Shown in pieces: positions 59,614 through 64,000 of a stretch of 64,000 nucleotides of DNA; positions within the stretch are counted from its first letter, which is position 1, and every line of letters begins with the position of its first letter. Location: contig CM120648.1 of assembly GCA_051362555.1 (NCBI GenBank), forward strand, positions 9,172,587 to 9,236,586, in the 5' to 3' direction. The DNA comes from Lingula anatina. Its lineage: Eukaryota > Animalia > Brachiopoda. Position numbers and translations under genes: made by a program. Under the pieces are notes generated by a model. The model was not told the origin of the DNA. It did not search any database and saw nothing but the letters and a program-made list of their open reading frames with translations.

Positions 59614-61543
59614 TTTCTAATTTTATATATTAATTTATGTATGCGTTTCTTTGTTTCTTCCTCTCTTTTATTTTTGTGCTCAGTAACTAGACAAATCTTA
59701 CTTTATTTTTTTCTACAAATGTGATCAACAACTAGATAAATTACCTCTGAAAACATTGAAGCTGGCCAATCTTCAGCAATGCATCGGAATACATATACTT
59801 TAGTAAAATGTCCCAAAATTGGACGTATACTAAAGCAAAGACTAAGAGATAGAATGGGGGTGAACTTTTTTATTTTTAAGAACATAAAACAGACGATGAG
59901 GCAACGAATTGTATTTCTGTCCAGCAGCCGGGTATATTTGAAAAAGAAAAATGTTTTTTCTTCAACAATATTCTAATTACGTATTGTCCTCGTTTGTGCT
60001 CTTACCAGGTGAACGTCCATACAACTGCCCCATGGAGGGGTGCGAGCTCGCGTTTGCGCAACTCTCGAATCTTCAACAGCACGTGCGTAACCATGCCAAC
60101 CAGGAAGCGAAGTCCGCCAGCCGAGATTACCAATGCGAGGTTTGTAAGCGGAGGTTTACCACAGTCTCAAGCCTGCAGAAACATTCGGCGAAGGTGAGAG
60201 GAGGCGAACGCCATGACTGTCTCATGCTTCGTATGTGCACAAGTGCCTTACGCAATTTGGTCTCGTTAAACTTCTGCTCTTCATGTGTTATTACAGAGCG
60301 CATTCAGGACAGCGGACTAACATCCGCGGATCAAATATGGCCAACCCGCTTGAATGCTTGTTTCAAAATCCCTTTTAGTGGGTCGCCATATTTGATCCGC
60401 GGATCTGTTAGTCTGGTGTTCTGAATATGCCCACAGTCTTAAGGTGAAGAGGAGTGATTTTAACCCTAAAATTTTGCAAGGGAAGAAAACGTTGCTACAT
60501 ATTAATTTTTATGTAACAGTTTCTAAACATCTTCATCTGTAACTATAGCTGGCCTAGTATAGACAATGTTGGAAAGTTGGGGACCATTCCATGTATTAGT
60601 GAAAGAAGCACCTTGCGTATGCCTAAATTCCTCCGTTCACACCATGTATTGACGTCAACCCAATGATGGCAATGATGTACATAACTTTTTACATGTGCCC
60701 TATTTGTTCCAGTCATTACAGTAGTCTTTTATGATACGCTTCATGACACGATGCAACTGTTTCAATTCGCAAAATAATATATAAATAAATAAATAAATAA
60801 ATAAAAACTACATGATTATTAACACAAAAAATATATATATTCATCTCCAGGTTCACATTCACCTCGTGCCATCCCCCGAACAGATGATCAAGGAAGTCGC
60901 AGAGAAACTGAACAAGAGCACCAAGCCAACAAAGAAACGCAAAGCGACAGCCACGACGTCAAGGGAGCCCACAATGGTCCCAATCCATTACCCGGATCTT
61001 CAGCTCCGAGACCCCAATCTCGGTCCGTACCACCAAACGGATCAGAGGCCGGAGCGACCCGAGAGACCGCCCACTATAATATACCCCGACCTTCAGTTGA
61101 GAGATCCCAACGTCGATTCGTACAGAAGCAGTGAGAGGGGTCGAGAGAACAGAGATGGATCGTCACAGGATGACCTCAGAGGCGAAGGTCAAGGTCAAGG
61201 CCGAAGTCTATCTGAAGGTCGTGGTCATGAAAATCAACCTTCATTCAATACGCTGCCGCCGCAGCCGTCGTCGTCGTCTTCATCCTCGGGTTTGTCCGCG
61301 CTTCCGCCGTTCTCGCAAGCGCTCTCCCAGCATGCTCCACAGGATTCGTCGCCCGCCTTCCCACGCCTGCCGAACGACGGAGATCCGCGGGTTCCTTTTC
61401 ATCATTTCCCTTTGCTTATGCCGCCAGATCGCCACCATCTTGGACCCCCCAGGTTGCACCCTCATCAGACACCAATCTCTGTCCACGAACACCAGAGGGC
61501 AGCAGAGTCGGAGAGAACCGAAGAAAGAGCGAAGGATAAATAA
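58924..61543 (+). CDS. Second LIN-29-family C2H2 cassette (datilografo-like): half finger + 4 fingers + Pro/Ser-rich tail; no start codon of its own
   Basis: Exons 58924-59146, 60009-60193, 60851-61543; GT-AG, phases 0/1/0, no stops. RFTTKSEAVQHTRNDH, HKCPECVKSFPSSQQLAQH, HCEYCDKSFKQLSHLQQH, YNCPMEGCELAFAQLSNLQQHVRNH, YQCEVCKRRFTTVSSLQKHSAK|VH. The dati resemblance (FKQLSH, QLSNLQQH.RNH, long linker before the last finger) is from memory and needs a tree. Confidence 0.88.
59155..59411. mobile_element. Foldback MITE family B copy starting ~8 nt after a donor
   Basis: Shares TAGCTGATTC.GTAGGCGTGACAGACATTTAAGC...GATAGCAATTTAGCGTGAA.CCCC with 14083-14327. Self-complementary. Confidence 0.85.
60296..60432. 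mobile_element. Foldback MITE family C, short copy with 3-bp TSD
   Basis: GACTAACATCCGCGGATCAAATATGG ... CCATATTTGATCCGCGGATCTGTTAGTC. ACA flanks both sides. Confidence 0.85.
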
Positions 61544-63042
61544 ATAAATAAGTCTTCGTGTGTTTAGGGTAAGATATGAAGTATCTTAACTAGAAGTGTA
61601 CCTTGCACGTACACATGGAACATAAGGAAGTTTCGTACTTGTAGTCATCGGTAACATTCATCGCCGTCGGATGGGGGGAGGGAAAAATAGTGTTCAATGT
61701 TAGCTGTTAAGTAAAGTATAACGTTATTTGCGCGCTTTCTTTGTTTATAAGGGTGATTGGGTATATTGAACCGGCAGTCATAAAATGAATGGAAGTGCAT
61801 CTGACCGGCAATTTTTTTAAAAAATCTGGTCTTATGTTGTATCGATTGTGGAGCTATTTACCAACATTTCCTGTGTTAGAGAAGTGCGTGCACACGATAA
61901 GCTACAAGCTGAGTTATCTGTTCCGCACGGGCTGAGCTTCAAGTTCAGCTTGTGCGCGGTCCCGAGGCACTCTGATTTTCTTACTATATCTGAAAGTCTC
62001 GGTGACTCAAGATAAGATGAGAGAAGCCAATCTCTCGAGGGCTCGATACATGTAATTTTAAAACACTTTAAAAAGTGTGGTAGTCAGGCTGTAGATAGAT
62101 GGAGTAAAATGGCCCGTAGAAAAAACCGTCACGTGTCACTTGGAGCCATTTAAAGTATTTCATTAGTTACTACGGGTCATCGTAGTAAAGCACTTTAATT
62201 TAGCTCTGTTCAATTGTTGTATCTTTTTAATGATATTGTATTATGCATTTTTGTTAGCGATCTGTTGTATAATTAGCAGATCTTTTTGACCACATTTTTA
62301 TGTGTGTGAACGTATAAAGTAGAAAAACGACTTACTTTTCTTTAGAAATTTATAATTGTCAAGCATTTTTAGTTATAAATTACTATTATATATCCCAGAA
62401 AGGTTGGTATCTTGCTGTTGAGAAACGTATTTGGGAAAATGAATAGTGCCATTTGTCCCTTGATTTCTGTTTGAAGAAAAATATTTCAAGATGCATGACC
62501 TGCTTAAAGGGCGACGGCCTATAATCAGAAGTATTATTATGTAAGATTCTAGGAGTTATTAGAAAATTAAAAGTTTTCACGAGGCGTGGCTTGTCATAGA
62601 CGTAGGCTATTTTGTTCTGCGTTAAATAATACAGTACCCGGCTACCTATCAAGCGTGCAATCCTTTTTTGTTTTGTTTTTTTCATGTTCAAAATTAGCAA
62701 ATTGTAGAAAACCTTATAGGCGGTGCAATATTTCAAGTCACGCACATTAAGGAAGGTAACGTGATTGTGTAACCAATGTTTGCATCAAATTCACCTATTC
62801 GTTGCTGTTTAGGTGGAGAGAAACGCCTGAAGAAAATGGCTCCGATGAAGACTTAGATTCATGTTACTGCTCTCGTGTCTTTTTACGCCTTATAAAGGCA
62901 GGTGAAGTGTCAAAGATCATGTTACTGATTTTTTTCATGATTGAATACACCGGCTGTGCCATACGCCTAGTGCACCTAGTGAAAGTTCTTTGAATAAAGT
63001 TTTTAAATTGATGTATATATTCCCTGGCAAGCTGCTCTCTAA

Positions 63043-63217
63043 GGCCTCATTCAGAATAGGGGACTAACTAGTCCGAGGGTCAAATATGGCCGACCCACTT
63101 GAATACTTCCCCACGGGATATCTATTCAGTGTCTATTGGCGGATTAGCCGGCAAGCTTTGTAGTGGGTGGCCGTATTTGACCCTCGGACTAATAACCCCC
63201 CTATTCTGAATGGGACC
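63043..63217. mobile_element. PIF/Harbinger-type foldback MITE (family C)
   Basis: GGCCTCATTCAGAATAGGGG ... CCCCTATTCTGAATGGGACC, with TAA duplicated at 63040-63042 and 63218-63220. Confidence 0.9.
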
Positions 63218-64000
63218 TAAGGCGGCTGACTGTTTATGTCACAAAGTGCATTCTGGGTGCCTCGGCGTATAACGGTGATCATCTTTTTACTGACATGCTT
63301 TTGTTCATCTTGCTCTAATATAATTTCCGGATATCTAACGGCAGTACGAAATGTGCACCAGTACACCGACGTGGCCAGGATTTTGCCTAGGGGGTGGGGG
63401 GTGGGGGTTGATTGGGGAGGGGTGTAGAACAAGGATCAAAATGTAAAACGGACGAGGATAATTTTGCTATAATGTGTAGGCACAGGGATGGAAAAATCGA
63501 TCGCTTTTTTCTCTCGTTTTGCTCGCTATACTTTTTTTTGAGTGGGGATACAAGTTCGTGACGTAACCTTAGGTGCTCTCTGTTAAAGTTTGTGTCATGT
63601 ATCAAGGCGTTGACTTCTTTCAAAGGTCGTCGTCACGTTAGGTGTTTTTTGTAAGTATATCCGATTTCATTTCGATATGAAGAAATGAGTTTTTTTATGT
63701 GAAAAAAAGATGTACCTGTTGTCGGTTCTTGTGAGTTAATTTTGTAGCACGAGAAGCGTTTTTTTCGGAAAAAAAGTTATAAGTCCAGAAGCAGGTTGTA
63801 TTATATTCGATCTCTCTAAAAATATAACTGTCGTTGGCACAGCAGAAGGACACCGTTGTTTTTAACCTTGGGTAGCAAAAATAATTTATCAGTTATATAG
63901 ATTCAATTTTTCTATATTTTTTTTCACATTTTTTGTCAGATTGTCATCTCAGCGGTCGGCTTATTCAGTCGAATGTGACAAGTATTAGGTGAAAAAACTG

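Noticed and set aside
61131-61547. 138-aa Arg-rich overlapping ORF
   Set aside because: Begins at GTG, and the synonymous pattern supports the other frame.
62386-64000. ORFs and CpG-containing sequence at the right end
   Set aside because: No recognisable protein or splice structure; may be a TE remnant or the next promoter.
1-64000. tRNA, rRNA, snoRNA or miRNA genes
   Set aside because: None recognised by eye, and the hairpins seen are explained by MITEs. A tRNAscan/Infernal run is needed to exclude them.

Overview
AT-rich, intron-rich animal genomic DNA, probably lophotrochozoan/mollusc (inferred from repeat types, not proven). Gene models below were spliced by hand from GT-AG junctions and phase. 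(1) A DDX19/DBP5 DEAD-box helicase on the - strand; 10 exons are visible and the last exon lies off the left edge. (2) Head-to-head with it, 317 bp away, an ACOT7-type double-hotdog acyl-CoA thioesterase (8 exons) with a likely mitochondrial presequence exon. (3) A ~45-kb rotund/squeeze/LIN-29/ZNF384-family C2H2 transcription factor gene with a poly-Q exon, a NAB-binding-like C-terminal motif and probably a long 3' UTR. (4) A second, datilografo-like zinc-finger cassette of 3 exons that starts in the middle of a finger. The top finding is that the half-finger exon of the rotund gene (YQCKMCEQ, phase 0) completes a correctly spaced C2H2 finger with either downstream cassette. This suggests one gene with two mutually exclusive terminal DNA-binding arrays. 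It is a hypothesis that needs RNA data. Introns carry a 5.5-kb Helentron-associated (HINE/DINE-like) element with a 146-bp tandem array and several families of foldback MITEs.
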